Shown piece by piece: positions 28,459-38,703 of a DNA stretch of 64,000 nucleotides (position 1 is the first letter of the stretch; each line of letters starts with the position of its first letter). The position numbers were made by a program, and so were the translations under genes. The notes beneath the pieces are model-generated. The model made no database searches. It was not told the DNA's origin and worked only from the letters and a program-made list of their open reading frames with translations. This DNA comes from an uncultured delta proteobacterium (lineage in GTDB: Bacteria; Myxococcota; Kuafuiibacteriia; Kuafuiibacteriales; Kuafuiibacteriaceae): positions 1,216,001 to 1,280,000 of the forward strand of contig CAWDML010000001.1 in assembly GCA_963803435.1 (NCBI GenBank). The letters are read 5' to 3'.

Positions 28459-29436
28459 TCAAGCGCGGCGAAGCGCGTTGTCGACGACCATCCGCACCAT
28501 CCGCTCGAAGTCGATTCCTGCCACGGCCGCCGCCTGGGGGAGGAGCGAGGTCCCGGTCAACCCGGGGATGGTGTTGGTCTCCAGGATCACCGGACCGCCG
28601 GCGCCCAGCATGAAGTCGGAGCGGGAGAAGTCCCGACAGCCGAGCGCGCGATGGGCTCGGAGGGCCAGGCGCTGGACCTCGTCCCGGACCGGGTCGGGGA
28701 TGCGCGCCGGTGTGATCTCTTCGCTGGCCCCGGGCGTGTACTTCGCCTCGTAGTCGAAGAACTCGTACTTGGTGTTCGGCACGATCTCGGTGACGGGGAG
28801 CGGGAAGGTCCGCCCCTCCGCGTCGTTCGACAGCACGCCGCAGGTGAGCTCCTTGCCCTTCACGAAGCGTTCGATCAGCACCTCGTCGCCGCCGTCGATC
28901 AACGCCCCGACGGCCCTGTCGAGCTCGCTCCGATCCTTCGGGAACGACACTCCGTAGCTCGAGCCGTTGCAGAGGGGTTTGATCACGCAAGGGAAGCCGA
29001 GCTCGGCGGCCTCCGTCAACTTCGCTTGCAGATCATCGTGGCGCGAGATCGAGACCGACGGCGAGATCGGAAAGCCGTGAACCTGGTAGATCCACTTCGC
29101 CCGCATCTTGTCCATGGCCAGCCCGCTCGCCGCGGGTCCAGAGCCGGTGTACGGGAGGCCGCAGGCCTCGAGGAGGCCCTGCACGGTCCCGTCCTCGCCG
29201 AACGGACCGTGGAGCGCGATGAAGACCACGTCGGCGCACTCGCGTAGCCGATCGATCGCGGACCCGATCGTCGGCGCCGGATCGCCTGCGATCACCCAGC
29301 GTCCGGATCGCTCGATCTCGACCGGCACCGCCTGATCGCGGAGGGCCCGGAGGACCTGGCGGCCGCTGTTGAGGGAGACGTCGTGCTCGAAGCTGGGCCC
29401 GCCCATGAGGACGGCCACGCGGGGTGTCTGGGACAT
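28459..29436 (-). CDS. ddl: D-alanine--D-alanine ligase
   Basis: VAVLMGGPSFEHDVSLNSG, ALHGPFGEDGTVQG, PYTGSG, MDK, GSSYGV, FFDYEAKY, ETNTIPG. Confidence 0.93.
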   Translation of the reverse strand: MSQTPRVAVLMGGPSFEHDVSLNSGRQVLRALRDQAVPVEIERSGRWVIAGDPAPTIGSAIDRLRECADVVFIALHGPFGEDGTVQGLLEACGLPYTGSGPAASGLAMDKMRAKWIYQVHGFPISPSVSISRHDDLQAKLTEAAELGFPCVIKPLCNGSSYGVSFPKDRSELDRAVGALIDGGDEVLIERFVKGKELTCGVLSNDAEGRTFPLPVTEIVPNTKYEFFDYEAKYTPGASEEITPARIPDPVRDEVQRLALRAHRALGCRDFSRSDFMLGAGGPVILETNTIPGLTGTSLLPQAAAVAGIDFERMVRMVVDNALRRA

Positions 29437-29530
29437 CGGCCGGAAGATGCTGCAATCGACGGACCGCCGCAAGATGGCGCCCGCATGCGCCCGGGCGGGT
29501 GCCGGGGACCACGCGCCGGCGTGGTGGAGG

Positions 29531-30871
29531 CTACCGCATGCCACGCATCAGGTTCTGGAGCCCGGACGGCCCGAGCTTCGCCATCCGCTTCATCATCTTC
29601 CGCGCATCCTTGAAGCGCTTGAGGAACGCGTTCACGTCCTGGAGCGAGACCCCGCAGCCGCCCGCGATCCGCTTCCGCCGCGAGGTGTTGATGATGTCCG
29701 GCTTCTGGCGCTCGCCGGGCGTCATCGAGCTGATGATCGCCTCGATGCGCCGCATCTCCTTCTCCGGATCCGGACCTTGATTCCCCAGCTTCTTCAGCGC
29801 CTGGGAGACACCCGGGATCATCGAGAGCAGATCCTTCATGTCGCCCATCTTCTTGACCATCTGCATCTGCTCGCGGAAGTCGTCGAGCGTGAACTCGTCC
29901 TTCCGCATCTTCTTGGCCATCGCCTTGGCCTGCTTCTCGTCGTAGGCCTGCGTGGTCTTCTCGATCAGCGACATGACGTCGCCCATGCCGAGGATGCGCT
30001 GCGCGATGCGGTCGGGGTGGAAGACCTCGAGGGCGTCCATCTTCTCGCCGATGCCCGCGAAGTAGACGGGCGCTCCGGTGATGTGGCGGACCGAGAGCGC
30101 CGCACCACCGCGGGCGTCGCCGTCCAGCTTGGTCATCACGACGCCGTCGATCCCGATCTGGTTCCGGAACTCGGTCGCCACGTTGACCGCGTCCTGGCCC
30201 GTCATCGCGTCCACCACCAGGAGCGTGTAGTGGGGCGAGAGCAGCTCCTTGACCTCGCGCAGCTCCTCCATCAGCTCGACGTCGATCGCGAGGCGGCCGG
30301 CGGTGTCGACGATGACCACGTCCTGTCCCTGACGATCGGCGGTGGCGATCGCGCCGTCGGCGACGTCCTTGACCTTGCTGCCGGCCTGCGTGGGATAGCA
30401 GTCGATCCCGACCTGCCCGGCGAGCGTCTCGAGCTGCTTGATCGCGGCCGGGCGCTGGAGGTCCGCGGGTACCAGCAGCGGCTTGCGCCCCAGCCCCTTG
30501 AGACGGAGCGCCAGCTTCGCGGAGGTGGTGGTCTTGCCGGAGCCCTGGAGGCCCATCATCAAGATGACGATCGGCGGCTTCTTCTTGAGGTCGAGCTCGA
30601 CCGCGGCGCCGCCCATCGTCTTGGTGAGCTCCTCGGCGACGATGCGGACGAAGTCGTGGCCCGGGGACAGCGACGTCGTGACCTCGCGTCCGAGGGCCCG
30701 CTCCTTGACGCTCTCGATGAAGTCCTTGACGACCTTGAAGTGAACGTCGGCCTCGAGCAGTGAGAGCCGCACGTCTCTCAGCGCGTCCTTGATGTTGGTT
30801 TCGGTCAGGGTCCCGTGGCCGCGGATCTTCTTGATGACGGCGGAAAACCTGTCCTCGAGGGCGTCAAACAC
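29531..30871 (-). CDS. ffh: Signal recognition particle protein
   Basis: GLQGSGKTT, DTAGRL, DAMTGQDAV, TKLDGDARGGAALS, FHPDRIAQRILGMGD, M domain. Confidence 0.97.
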   Translation of the reverse strand: MFDALEDRFSAVIKKIRGHGTLTETNIKDALRDVRLSLLEADVHFKVVKDFIESVKERALGREVTTSLSPGHDFVRIVAEELTKTMGGAAVELDLKKKPPIVILMMGLQGSGKTTTSAKLALRLKGLGRKPLLVPADLQRPAAIKQLETLAGQVGIDCYPTQAGSKVKDVADGAIATADRQGQDVVIVDTAGRLAIDVELMEELREVKELLSPHYTLLVVDAMTGQDAVNVATEFRNQIGIDGVVMTKLDGDARGGAALSVRHITGAPVYFAGIGEKMDALEVFHPDRIAQRILGMGDVMSLIEKTTQAYDEKQAKAMAKKMRKDEFTLDDFREQMQMVKKMGDMKDLLSMIPGVSQALKKLGNQGPDPEKEMRRIEAIISSMTPGERQKPDIINTSRRKRIAGGCGVSLQDVNAFLKRFKDARKMMKRMAKLGPSGLQNLMRGMR

Positions 30872-30911
30872 CCCGGCAAGTTAGCGGAGATGAGCCCGAT
30901 CTTCCAAGCGA

Positions 30912-32057
30912 CTAAATCTTCCCCAAGAGTCCCCGGCTCATCACGACCTTCTGGATCTCGGTGGTCCCCTCGTAGATCCGGAGCGCACGGATGTCTCGAT
31001 AGAGCCGTTCGACCGCGTTGCCACGGCGGACGCCCTGCCCTCCGAAGACCTGCACCGCGCGATCGATCGTGCGCTGGGCCGCCTCGGTGGCGAACATCTT
31101 GGCTGCGCTCGCATACAGCCCCGCCATCGGATCGCTCCGCTCGTGGGCGAGCGCAGCGCGATAGACCAGGAGCCGGCCGGCCTCCAGCTCGGTCCAGCCG
31201 TCCGCCAGCATCGCGCCGATCTGCTGGAATGCGCCGATCGGCTTGCCGAACTGCCGGCGGCTCCGCGCCCGCTCGACGGCCTCCCGGAGCGCGCGGGTCG
31301 CCATCCCGTTGGCCGCGGCGCCGACCGTCGCCCGGAAATGATCGAGCGTCTTCATCGCGATCTTGAAGCCTTCGCCCTCGTCGCCGAGGCGGTTCGACAC
31401 GGGGACGCGGGCGCCCTCGAACGCGATCTCCCCGCACGGATGCGGGGCCACCAGCTCGTAGCGCTCGACGAGGCGGACCCGGTCCTCGGGGACCACGATC
31501 GCGGAGAGCCCGCGGGCGCCCTCTCCGCCGGTGCGAACGATGGCGACGTAGAAGTCGGCGATGCCGGCGTTCGTGATGAAGCACTTCCGGCCTTCGAGGA
31601 CATAGTCGTCTCCGTCGCGCCGGGCCGTCGACGCAATCGACGCGACGTCGCTGCCCGCCTCCGGCTCGGTGATCGCGATGGCGGCGATCGCCTCGCCGCG
31701 CTCCACCCGCTCCTGCCACTCGGCCTTTTGCGCGGCGTCACCCGCCAGCGCGATCGGGCCGTAGCCGAGGCCCTGGAGCGCCAGCATCGAGTCCGCCAAC
31801 CCGCTGCCGGCCGCGACCACCTCGCGGAGAAGGCAGATCGAGGTCACGTCGAGGGCAGTGCACGCGGAGAGGAGGCCCGCCTCGCCCATCGCTCGGGTCA
31901 TCGCGAGCGCGGCCTGGTCGGAGTCGTCGTGCTCGCGGGGTGCGATCTCGCGCTCGACCACCTCGCGCGCCCGCTTCTCGAGGTCGCGCAGCGACGCCGG
32001 CATCGCAATCGAGACCGCATCGACGATCGGGCGGGAGAGATCGACTTCCATGGTCAC
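30912..32057 (-). CDS. Acyl-CoA dehydrogenase
   Basis: [55 protein letters not shown]. Confidence 0.9.
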   Translation of the reverse strand: MTMEVDLSRPIVDAVSIAMPASLRDLEKRAREVVEREIAPREHDDSDQAALAMTRAMGEAGLLSACTALDVTSICLLREVVAAGSGLADSMLALQGLGYGPIALAGDAAQKAEWQERVERGEAIAAIAITEPEAGSDVASIASTARRDGDDYVLEGRKCFITNAGIADFYVAIVRTGGEGARGLSAIVVPEDRVRLVERYELVAPHPCGEIAFEGARVPVSNRLGDEGEGFKIAMKTLDHFRATVGAAANGMATRALREAVERARSRRQFGKPIGAFQQIGAMLADGWTELEAGRLLVYRAALAHERSDPMAGLYASAAKMFATEAAQRTIDRAVQVFGGQGVRRGNAVERLYRDIRALRIYEGTTEIQKVVMSRGLLGKI

Positions 32058-32881
32058 CCTCCGTTCGGCTTGCCGGCCGCGCCGCTGAACCTCGGCTCGC
32101 GCTTCTCGGTGAAGGCGCGGTGGAACTCGGCGAAGTCGTCGGCCAGCATGCAGATGGTCTGGGCGCGCGCCTCGGCGTCGAGCGCGGTGTCGAGGTCCAT
32201 CGACATGGAGTTGTTGAGCAGCTCCTTGGTCATGCCGATCGAAAAGCTCGGGCCGTCTGCAAGCCGCCTTGCAACCTCGAGGGTCCGCTCTCGCAGCCGC
32301 TCAGGATCGACGACCTCGTTGAAGAGGCCGATCCGGTGGGCCTCGTCCGCGTCGATCTTGTCGCCGAGCATCAACAGCTCGCTCGCCTTGGCGAGCCCGA
32401 CCACCCGGGGCAGCAGGTAGGCCGCGCCCATGTCGGCGCCGGTCAGCCCCACCTTGGTGAACAGGAACGCGATCTTGGCCTTGCGGGAGGCGATGCGAAG
32501 ATCCGACGCCAGCGCGATGACGGCGCCGGCTCCGGCCGCCGTGCCGTTGATTGCGGCGATGATCGGCTTCCTCAGCCGGCGCATGTTGCGGATGACGTCG
32601 CCGGTCATCCGGGCGAACGCGGTCATCTCGACCGACCCGTAGCCGACGAGCCGGCCGATGATGTCGTGGACGTCCCCGCCGGAGCAGAAGCCGCGCCCCT
32701 CGCCGGTCACCACCACCACGCGCACCGCTGGGTCGCTCTCGAGCTCGCGGAAGAGATCGACCAACCGCCGGTAGATCTCGAACGTGAGGCTGTTCAGACG
32801 ATCGGGGCGGTCGAGCGTGATGGTCCCGACGCCCTCGCTGAGCTCGAACTCGATGCCTTCGACCATGGTTCCTCCGTTCAC
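32054..32881 (-). CDS. Enoyl-CoA hydratase/isomerase (crotonase) family protein
   Basis: LDRPDRLNSL, FCSGGD, KPIIAAINGTAAGAG, ADMGAAYLLPRVVG. Confidence 0.9.
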   Translation of the reverse strand: MNGGTMVEGIEFELSEGVGTITLDRPDRLNSLTFEIYRRLVDLFRELESDPAVRVVVVTGEGRGFCSGGDVHDIIGRLVGYGSVEMTAFARMTGDVIRNMRRLRKPIIAAINGTAAGAGAVIALASDLRIASRKAKIAFLFTKVGLTGADMGAAYLLPRVVGLAKASELLMLGDKIDADEAHRIGLFNEVVDPERLRERTLEVARRLADGPSFSIGMTKELLNNSMSMDLDTALDAEARAQTICMLADDFAEFHRAFTEKREPRFSGAAGKPNGG

Positions 32882-33279
32882 GGGATCACCGCCGTCGCTT
32901 CGATCTCGACCAGCGCCCGGGGTTCGACGAGCCCCGCCACCTCGACCAGCGCCATGGCCGGGAAGTGCTTGCCCATGAGCTTTCGATACGCGGCCCCGAC
33001 GCCCGCGAGGTCGGCGAGGTAACGCTGCTTGTCCGTGACGTAGATGGTGAAGCGGCAGACGTCGCCCGGCTGGCCGCCGGCTTCGCGCACCACCGTGAGC
33101 GCGTTCGCGAGCGCCACCTCGAACTGGGCGGCCAGCTCGTCCGACGCGAAGCGTCCGGCCCCGTTCCAGCCCACCATGCCCGCGACGAAGAGCAGCCGGC
33201 CGGGCGCCGCCAGCACGCCGTGGCTGTAGCCCTGGGGGGCGCCGAGCGACTCGGGGTTGATCATCTCGTGCGACGTCAT
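32878..33279 (-). CDS. RidA/YjgF family protein
   Basis: INPESLGAPQGYSHG, LFVAG, HFPAMALVEV..L..P.ALVEIEATA. Confidence 0.88.
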   Translation of the reverse strand: MTSHEMINPESLGAPQGYSHGVLAAPGRLLFVAGMVGWNGAGRFASDELAAQFEVALANALTVVREAGGQPGDVCRFTIYVTDKQRYLADLAGVGAAYRKLMGKHFPAMALVEVAGLVEPRALVEIEATAVIP

Positions 33280-34055
33280 GCGATCGTCTCTCCTCCGTCC
33301 AGCACCAGGGCCTGTCCGGTGAGGTGCGCGGCTGCTGGAGATACCAGATAGCGCACGTAGCCGGCGACCATCTCTGCGGTGAGCACGTCGCCGATCGGGA
33401 TCCGCGACGCGATCCGATCCCGCGCCTCGACCTCGCTGCTGCCCGTCTTGACGGCGATGTTGTCGATCGTTCGCTGGAACATGGGAGTGTCGACCCATCC
33501 GGGACAGAGCGCGTTCACCGTGATCCCTTTGGGTGCCAGCTCGAGCGCCGCGCTCCGCACCAGCCCGAGGACGGCGTGCTTCGACGCGCAGTACGCCGAG
33601 GTGTAGCGCATCCCTTGGACGGACGCCGTCGACGCCACCACCACGATCCTTCCCCGGGTGCCCGCTCCGATCATCGCGGCGGCCGCCCGCTTGAGCAGAT
33701 GGAAGGCGCTGAGCACGTTCGCGGCGAAGAGGCGCTCGAGGTCCGCAGGTTCGGTCCGATGCAGGGGCGCCGACAGGGCCTGACCGGCGCACGCCACGGC
33801 CACCTGCACCGGGCCGAGCTCCGCCTCGCACGTCTCGATCAGCGCGGCGGCGGCCGCTGGGTCGGTCGCGTCCCCGGCCGCCAGGAGCACCGGCCGCCCG
33901 GTCGGTCCCAGCGCCGCCTTCACCGCCTCCAGGTCGGAGACAGTGCGAGACTGGATCACGAGTGAATACCCTTCCTCAGCCAGCGCCGTGGCGACCGCTC
34001 GCCCGATGCCCCGCCCGGCGCCCGTAATGACCGCAGGAGCCCCGCTTTCCGCCAT
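33276..34055 (-). CDS. SDR family oxidoreductase
   Basis: TGAGRGIG, YCASK, VNALCPGWVDTPM, TGQALVLDGG. Confidence 0.9.
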   Translation of the reverse strand: MAESGAPAVITGAGRGIGRAVATALAEEGYSLVIQSRTVSDLEAVKAALGPTGRPVLLAAGDATDPAAAAALIETCEAELGPVQVAVACAGQALSAPLHRTEPADLERLFAANVLSAFHLLKRAAAAMIGAGTRGRIVVVASTASVQGMRYTSAYCASKHAVLGLVRSAALELAPKGITVNALCPGWVDTPMFQRTIDNIAVKTGSSEVEARDRIASRIPIGDVLTAEMVAGYVRYLVSPAAAHLTGQALVLDGGETIA

Positions 34056-34203
34056 CGGGGCCGGCGGATACCCCCGAAGGCCGCGGGCCGTCAAACGAAC
34101 TTCAAACTTCCTTCGGGCGGAAACTTGAACGGTTTGGCCAAGTCTCGATAGCGTACGCGGGCGCGGGACGGTATTCCCGCGCGGACCAGGTTTCGGGCTC
34201 GGT

Positions 34204-36282
34204 ATGCAGCACATCCTCGTCTGCGCCCAGGATTCGGTGCTCGCCAAGAAGGTTCGCTTCCTTCTGGCGCGCGACGAGATCGATGTCGAAATCCTGACCA
34301 AACCTTCACAGCTCGACAAGCGATTGCTCGAAGGCGACGTGGCGCTCTTGATCCTCTCGCGCAACCTGGCCGGCGAGGACGCGGTCGACATGCTGGCGCA
34401 GTTCGATCCGTCGCTGGTCATCCCTCCGACACTGGTGCTCGGTGGACAGAAGCGGATCACCGCCGACTTCATCCAGCTGATCCCCGATCCGATCGACACC
34501 CAGGCGATCTACCGCATCGCGACCGAGATCCTGGGAATGGATGGCGACGAGCCCTACTCGTCGAGCGAAGACGATCTCACCCACATCGCCGTCGATCGCC
34601 CTCAGAAGAAGAGGGTCAACGCCGGCACGGTCGAGAAGAAGAGCGTCGATGAGCTGAGCTTCACCGACGTGACGGGTCTCGACGAGATCGCGAACCAGCT
34701 CGATGAGCTGGAGAGCGAGCAGATCAGCGTCCAGCTCAGCGATGCTTTCGACATCGATGAAGTCTCGGGTGCGCTGAATCAGGCCGCCCCCACCGAGGCC
34801 GTCACTGCGGCCGATAAGACGGAAGTCCTTGGAGGTCTCTTGGAACCGGCACGTTTCGCCAAGGTCCTGTTCCAGTGCTGGTCGAGGAAGGCCAGCGGAG
34901 CCCTGATCGTCGCGCGCGATCAGGAGACGCTCACCATCTACTTCGAGAACGGCGCTCCGGTGCACATCGAGTCCAGCATTCCGGGCGATCCGCTCGGGCG
35001 CGCGCTCGTCACCCGCGGCGTCATCAGCGAAGAGCAGTACTCGAGCGGCGCCAAGCGCGCGATCGAGCGCGGCCTGAGCATCGGCTCCTCGCTGGTCGAG
35101 CTCGGCTGCTTCAGCGGAGAGGATCTCGGAGAGCAGAAGGGACAGGAGGCCACGGCTCAGATCGTCGGCTGTTTCGCGCATCGCACGGGCGCCTTCGAGT
35201 TCGACCAGAAGCGCCGTACACCCACGTCCGAACGGCCGTATCGGCTGGAGGTCGGCCACATCCTCGCGGACGGCATCAAGACGCACTGCGACGAGCCGGT
35301 GGTCAAAGAGATCATCGGTGACATGGACGTCCGCTACTTCAAGCTCCACCGCTCGATCGACGAGCTGAAGGAGCGCTTCCCGATCAGCGATCAGGAGGTT
35401 GCGTTCCTCGAGTTCCAGGGACGGGCATACAACGTCTCCGACGCCTCCGAGGTCTCCGGCCTCCCGGTGAAGGACGCGCACAAGCTGATGGCGCTCCTCA
35501 TCACCTGCGACGAGGTCGACGACTTCACGCCGGGAATCCACGAGTTCGAGGCGCGCATCCGCGAGGAGCGACAGCGCACCAAGGACCTCGAGGTCCAGCT
35601 CTCAGAGCCGCTCCCGGCGATGCCGACGTCCAAGCCGAAGGCGGCCGGCGGAAGCTTCACCAGCGGCGGCGCGGGCGGGATTGTCGAGATCCCGAGCTCC
35701 GGTCCCTCCGCGTTCGATTGCCCGCCCGAGCGTGCACCGGCCCGCTCCGAGCGCTACGAGCCGATCCACGTGCCGCCGCCACCGCCGCCCCCACCGCCGG
35801 CGCCGCCCACTCCGCTCCATCACTCCTCGCCGCCGCCGGTGCCGCCGCCGAACGGCGACATCGACATCCCGCCGATGCCGGTCCCGCCGAACGGTGAGGA
35901 CGGCATGGTCCCGCGCCCGCTGGTCTACGCGAAGCCGCTCCCCCGCGGCCCCGACGGCGCACCGCTCGAGACGCCGGAGCGCACGCTGTCGCGCGAGCAC
36001 TTCCAGCGGGGCGTCACGCTGCTCGGACAGGGCAACTTTGCCAGCGCCGAAGAGGCGTTCCGCGACGCCGTCGCGCTCTGCTCGGAGGAGCACGTCTATC
36101 TCATCGGACTGGCCCGCGCGATCTACTACAACCCGGGCTACAAGGCCGACGGCAAGGTGCCGGTGCTGCGCGCGATCGTCAGCCGCGCGGCGCAGCTGGC
36201 GCCCGAGGACAACCGCGTGGCGACGCTCCGGGTCTGGGTGGATCACGCCGAATCGGCGTTCGGCGTGAAAGCGCTCGCGTAG
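34204..36282 (+). CDS. Pseudo-receiver + DUF4388-like + Pro-rich + TPR protein
   Basis: Receiver-like N-terminus without the phospho-Asp; SGALIV..TIYFENGAPV..LGRALV.RG segment; poly-Pro; C-terminal HFQRGVTLL..F..AEEAFRDAV TPR. Confidence 0.72.
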   Translation: MQHILVCAQDSVLAKKVRFLLARDEIDVEILTKPSQLDKRLLEGDVALLILSRNLAGEDAVDMLAQFDPSLVIPPTLVLGGQKRITADFIQLIPDPIDTQAIYRIATEILGMDGDEPYSSSEDDLTHIAVDRPQKKRVNAGTVEKKSVDELSFTDVTGLDEIANQLDELESEQISVQLSDAFDIDEVSGALNQAAPTEAVTAADKTEVLGGLLEPARFAKVLFQCWSRKASGALIVARDQETLTIYFENGAPVHIESSIPGDPLGRALVTRGVISEEQYSSGAKRAIERGLSIGSSLVELGCFSGEDLGEQKGQEATAQIVGCFAHRTGAFEFDQKRRTPTSERPYRLEVGHILADGIKTHCDEPVVKEIIGDMDVRYFKLHRSIDELKERFPISDQEVAFLEFQGRAYNVSDASEVSGLPVKDAHKLMALLITCDEVDDFTPGIHEFEARIREERQRTKDLEVQLSEPLPAMPTSKPKAAGGSFTSGGAGGIVEIPSSGPSAFDCPPERAPARSERYEPIHVPPPPPPPPPAPPTPLHHSSPPPVPPPNGDIDIPPMPVPPNGEDGMVPRPLVYAKPLPRGPDGAPLETPERTLSREHFQRGVTLLGQGNFASAEEAFRDAVALCSEEHVYLIGLARAIYYNPGYKADGKVPVLRAIVSRAAQLAPEDNRVATLRVWVDHAESAFGVKALA

Positions 36283-36298
36283 CCGCTGCTGCGGCGGA

Positions 36299-37303
36299 TC
36301 AGATCTCGCTGAGGATCTCTGCGCGCTTCTGCGTGTACTCGGCTTCGGTGAGCACGCCGGCGGCCTTGAGGGCCTCGAGCTTCTTCAACCGCTCGACCAT
36401 GCTGTTGCCCGCGGGTGCCGCCTGCGGCTGCGGCGGTGGGGTCTGCGGCTGGAACATGTTCGCCATCTGCTGGCCCACGCCCCAGCCCGCCGCCAGCCCC
36501 ATGCCGGCGCCGGCCAGGCTGTTGGGCGTGCGCGCGGCGTCGGGGAGCGCGTTCGCCATCTGGAACGCGGCGTAGTTCTGCATGTTACCGAGGATGGCCA
36601 TCTCGCTGCGCTTGTCGAGCATCTGCTCGACTGCGGGCGGGAGGGAGATGTTCTCGACGAGGAACTTGGTGATGTCGATGCCGAGCTCTTCGAGATCCGC
36701 CTTGATGGAGGGGAGCACCTTGCGACTGATCTCGTCGTAGTTGCCGGCGAGGTCGAGAGCGGGGACCTTCGCGGCGCCCAGCGCGGAGGTGAAGCGGGCC
36801 ACCAGCGTGCGCTTGAGCTGGCCGATGATCTCGTCGATCTCGAAGTTGGAGTCGGTGCCCGCCACCTGACGTAGGAACTTGGAGGCGTCGGCGATGCGGA
36901 CCGCGAAGATGCCGAACGCGCGCAGGCGGATCGGACCGAACTCGGGATCGCGGACCATGATCGGGTTCTGCGTCCCCCACTTCAGATCGGTGAACTGCGT
37001 GGTGCTGGCGAAGTAGACCTCCGCCTTGAAGGGAGAGTTGAAGCCATACTTCCAACCCTTGAGCGTGGCGAGGATCGGGAGGTTCTGAGTAGTGAGCGTG
37101 TACGTGCCGGGGTTGAAGACGTCGGCGAGCTTGCCCTCGTTGACGAAGACGGCGGTCTGACCCTCGCGCACGATCAGCTTTGCGCCGTTCTTGATCTCCT
37201 GACCGCGCACCGGGAAGCGCCAGACCAGCGTTTCGTGGCTGTCATCCAACCACTCAATAATTTCGATGAATTGGGTAGTGATGCGATCCCAGATGGCTCC
37301 CAT
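36299..37303 (-). CDS. SPFH/band 7 domain protein (YdjI-like) with C-terminal SHOCT
   Basis: IKNGAKLIVREGQ, PGTYTLTTQNLP, SPFKAEVYF, KWGT.NP, RLRAFG; ERLKKLEALKAAGVLTEAEY. Confidence 0.88.
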   Translation of the reverse strand: MGAIWDRITTQFIEIIEWLDDSHETLVWRFPVRGQEIKNGAKLIVREGQTAVFVNEGKLADVFNPGTYTLTTQNLPILATLKGWKYGFNSPFKAEVYFASTTQFTDLKWGTQNPIMVRDPEFGPIRLRAFGIFAVRIADASKFLRQVAGTDSNFEIDEIIGQLKRTLVARFTSALGAAKVPALDLAGNYDEISRKVLPSIKADLEELGIDITKFLVENISLPPAVEQMLDKRSEMAILGNMQNYAAFQMANALPDAARTPNSLAGAGMGLAAGWGVGQQMANMFQPQTPPPQPQAAPAGNSMVERLKKLEALKAAGVLTEAEYTQKRAEILSEI

Positions 37304-37371
37304 GGTGTTCGGGTTCTATACGAACGAGGCAAGCCAAGTAAACCTCCTCCCATGGTAAAGAGCCTCACAGG

Positions 37372-38703
37372 ATGGTGACCGAGACCGTCGAGTTCGGGGC
37401 GCGCAAGGGTCGGTCACCACTCACCTTCGTGCTGGTCGTTCCGGACGCGGACGAGCCCCGGCGCATCCCGATCGACGGCACGCTGCTGGTGGGTAAGCAC
37501 CCCTCGAACGACGTGGTCATCGAGACCACCGGTATCTCTCGCTACCACCTCGAGGTACGCGCGGAGGCCGAGCGCGTCCTGGTGCGCGACGTCGGCTCCA
37601 AGAACGGGACCTTCTTCAACGGGGCGCGCATCACCGAGGTGCGCGTGGGTGCGGGTGCGTCGATCCGGGTGGGTGGGCCCGCCGGGCTCGAGCTCACCAT
37701 CGAGCTGGCCCACCAGCCCGCGATGGATCCCTCGGACGCGGATCGCTTCGGGCCGCTGATCGGACGTTCGCGGGCCATGCGCTCCGTCTTCACCGTGCTG
37801 GAGCGGACCTCGCCCTCGAACGCGACGATCCTGGTGATCGGAGAGACCGGCACCGGCAAGGAGCTGGTGGCTCAGGCGGTCCACCGCGCCTCGCCGAGGA
37901 AGAACGGCCCGCTGGTGATCGTCGACTGCGGCGCGATCCCTCACAACCTGATCGAGAGCGAGCTCTTCGGCCACAAGAAGGGTGCCTTCACCGATGCCTC
38001 CTCGGATCGCAGCGGGGCGTTCGAGCACGCCCACGGCGGCACCCTCTTCCTCGACGAGATCGGCGAGCTGCCGCTCGACCTGCAACCCAAGCTGCTCCGC
38101 GCGGTCGAGTCCCGCTCGATCCAGCGGCTGGGCGACGGCGAGCGGAAGGCCGTCGATGTCCGCATGGTCGCCGCCACGCACCGCGACCTGGGCACGATGG
38201 TGAACGCGGGGACGTTCCGGCAGGACCTCTTCTTCCGGCTGGCGGTGGTCACCGTTCACATGCCGCCGCTCCGCGAGCGCGGTGACGACGTCCTGGTCCT
38301 CGCCGAGCACATCCTCGCCGACCTCGGTCATCCCGACGCCATCGAGATCGAGGGCACGATCGCCGAGGCGCTCCTCGCGTACAGCTGGCCAGGCAACGTC
38401 CGCGAGCTGCGCAACGCGATCGAGCGGGCGATCCACCTCGGCGCCGCGCACGCGATCCCGATGGTGTCGAGCGGCGAGGTTGCTGCGCCGAAGAGCGGCG
38501 AGCAGCGCCCGCTGCCTGCGGAGGACGCCCCCGACCTCCCCTTCAAGCAGGCCAAGGAGCAGATCGTGGTGACGTTCGAGCACGCCTACGTGCGCCGTCT
38601 CATGGATCGGCACGGCGGCAACATCAGCGCCGCAGCCCGCGACGCCGGCATCGATCGCAACTATCTCTACCGGCTGCTCAAGAAGCACGGCCTCGATCAC
38701 TGA
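37372..38703 (+). CDS. FHA-domain sigma54-dependent activator (GAFTDA variant)
   Basis: [49 protein letters not shown]. Confidence 0.92.
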   Translation: MVTETVEFGARKGRSPLTFVLVVPDADEPRRIPIDGTLLVGKHPSNDVVIETTGISRYHLEVRAEAERVLVRDVGSKNGTFFNGARITEVRVGAGASIRVGGPAGLELTIELAHQPAMDPSDADRFGPLIGRSRAMRSVFTVLERTSPSNATILVIGETGTGKELVAQAVHRASPRKNGPLVIVDCGAIPHNLIESELFGHKKGAFTDASSDRSGAFEHAHGGTLFLDEIGELPLDLQPKLLRAVESRSIQRLGDGERKAVDVRMVAATHRDLGTMVNAGTFRQDLFFRLAVVTVHMPPLRERGDDVLVLAEHILADLGHPDAIEIEGTIAEALLAYSWPGNVRELRNAIERAIHLGAAHAIPMVSSGEVAAPKSGEQRPLPAEDAPDLPFKQAKEQIVVTFEHAYVRRLMDRHGGNISAAARDAGIDRNYLYRLLKKHGLDH

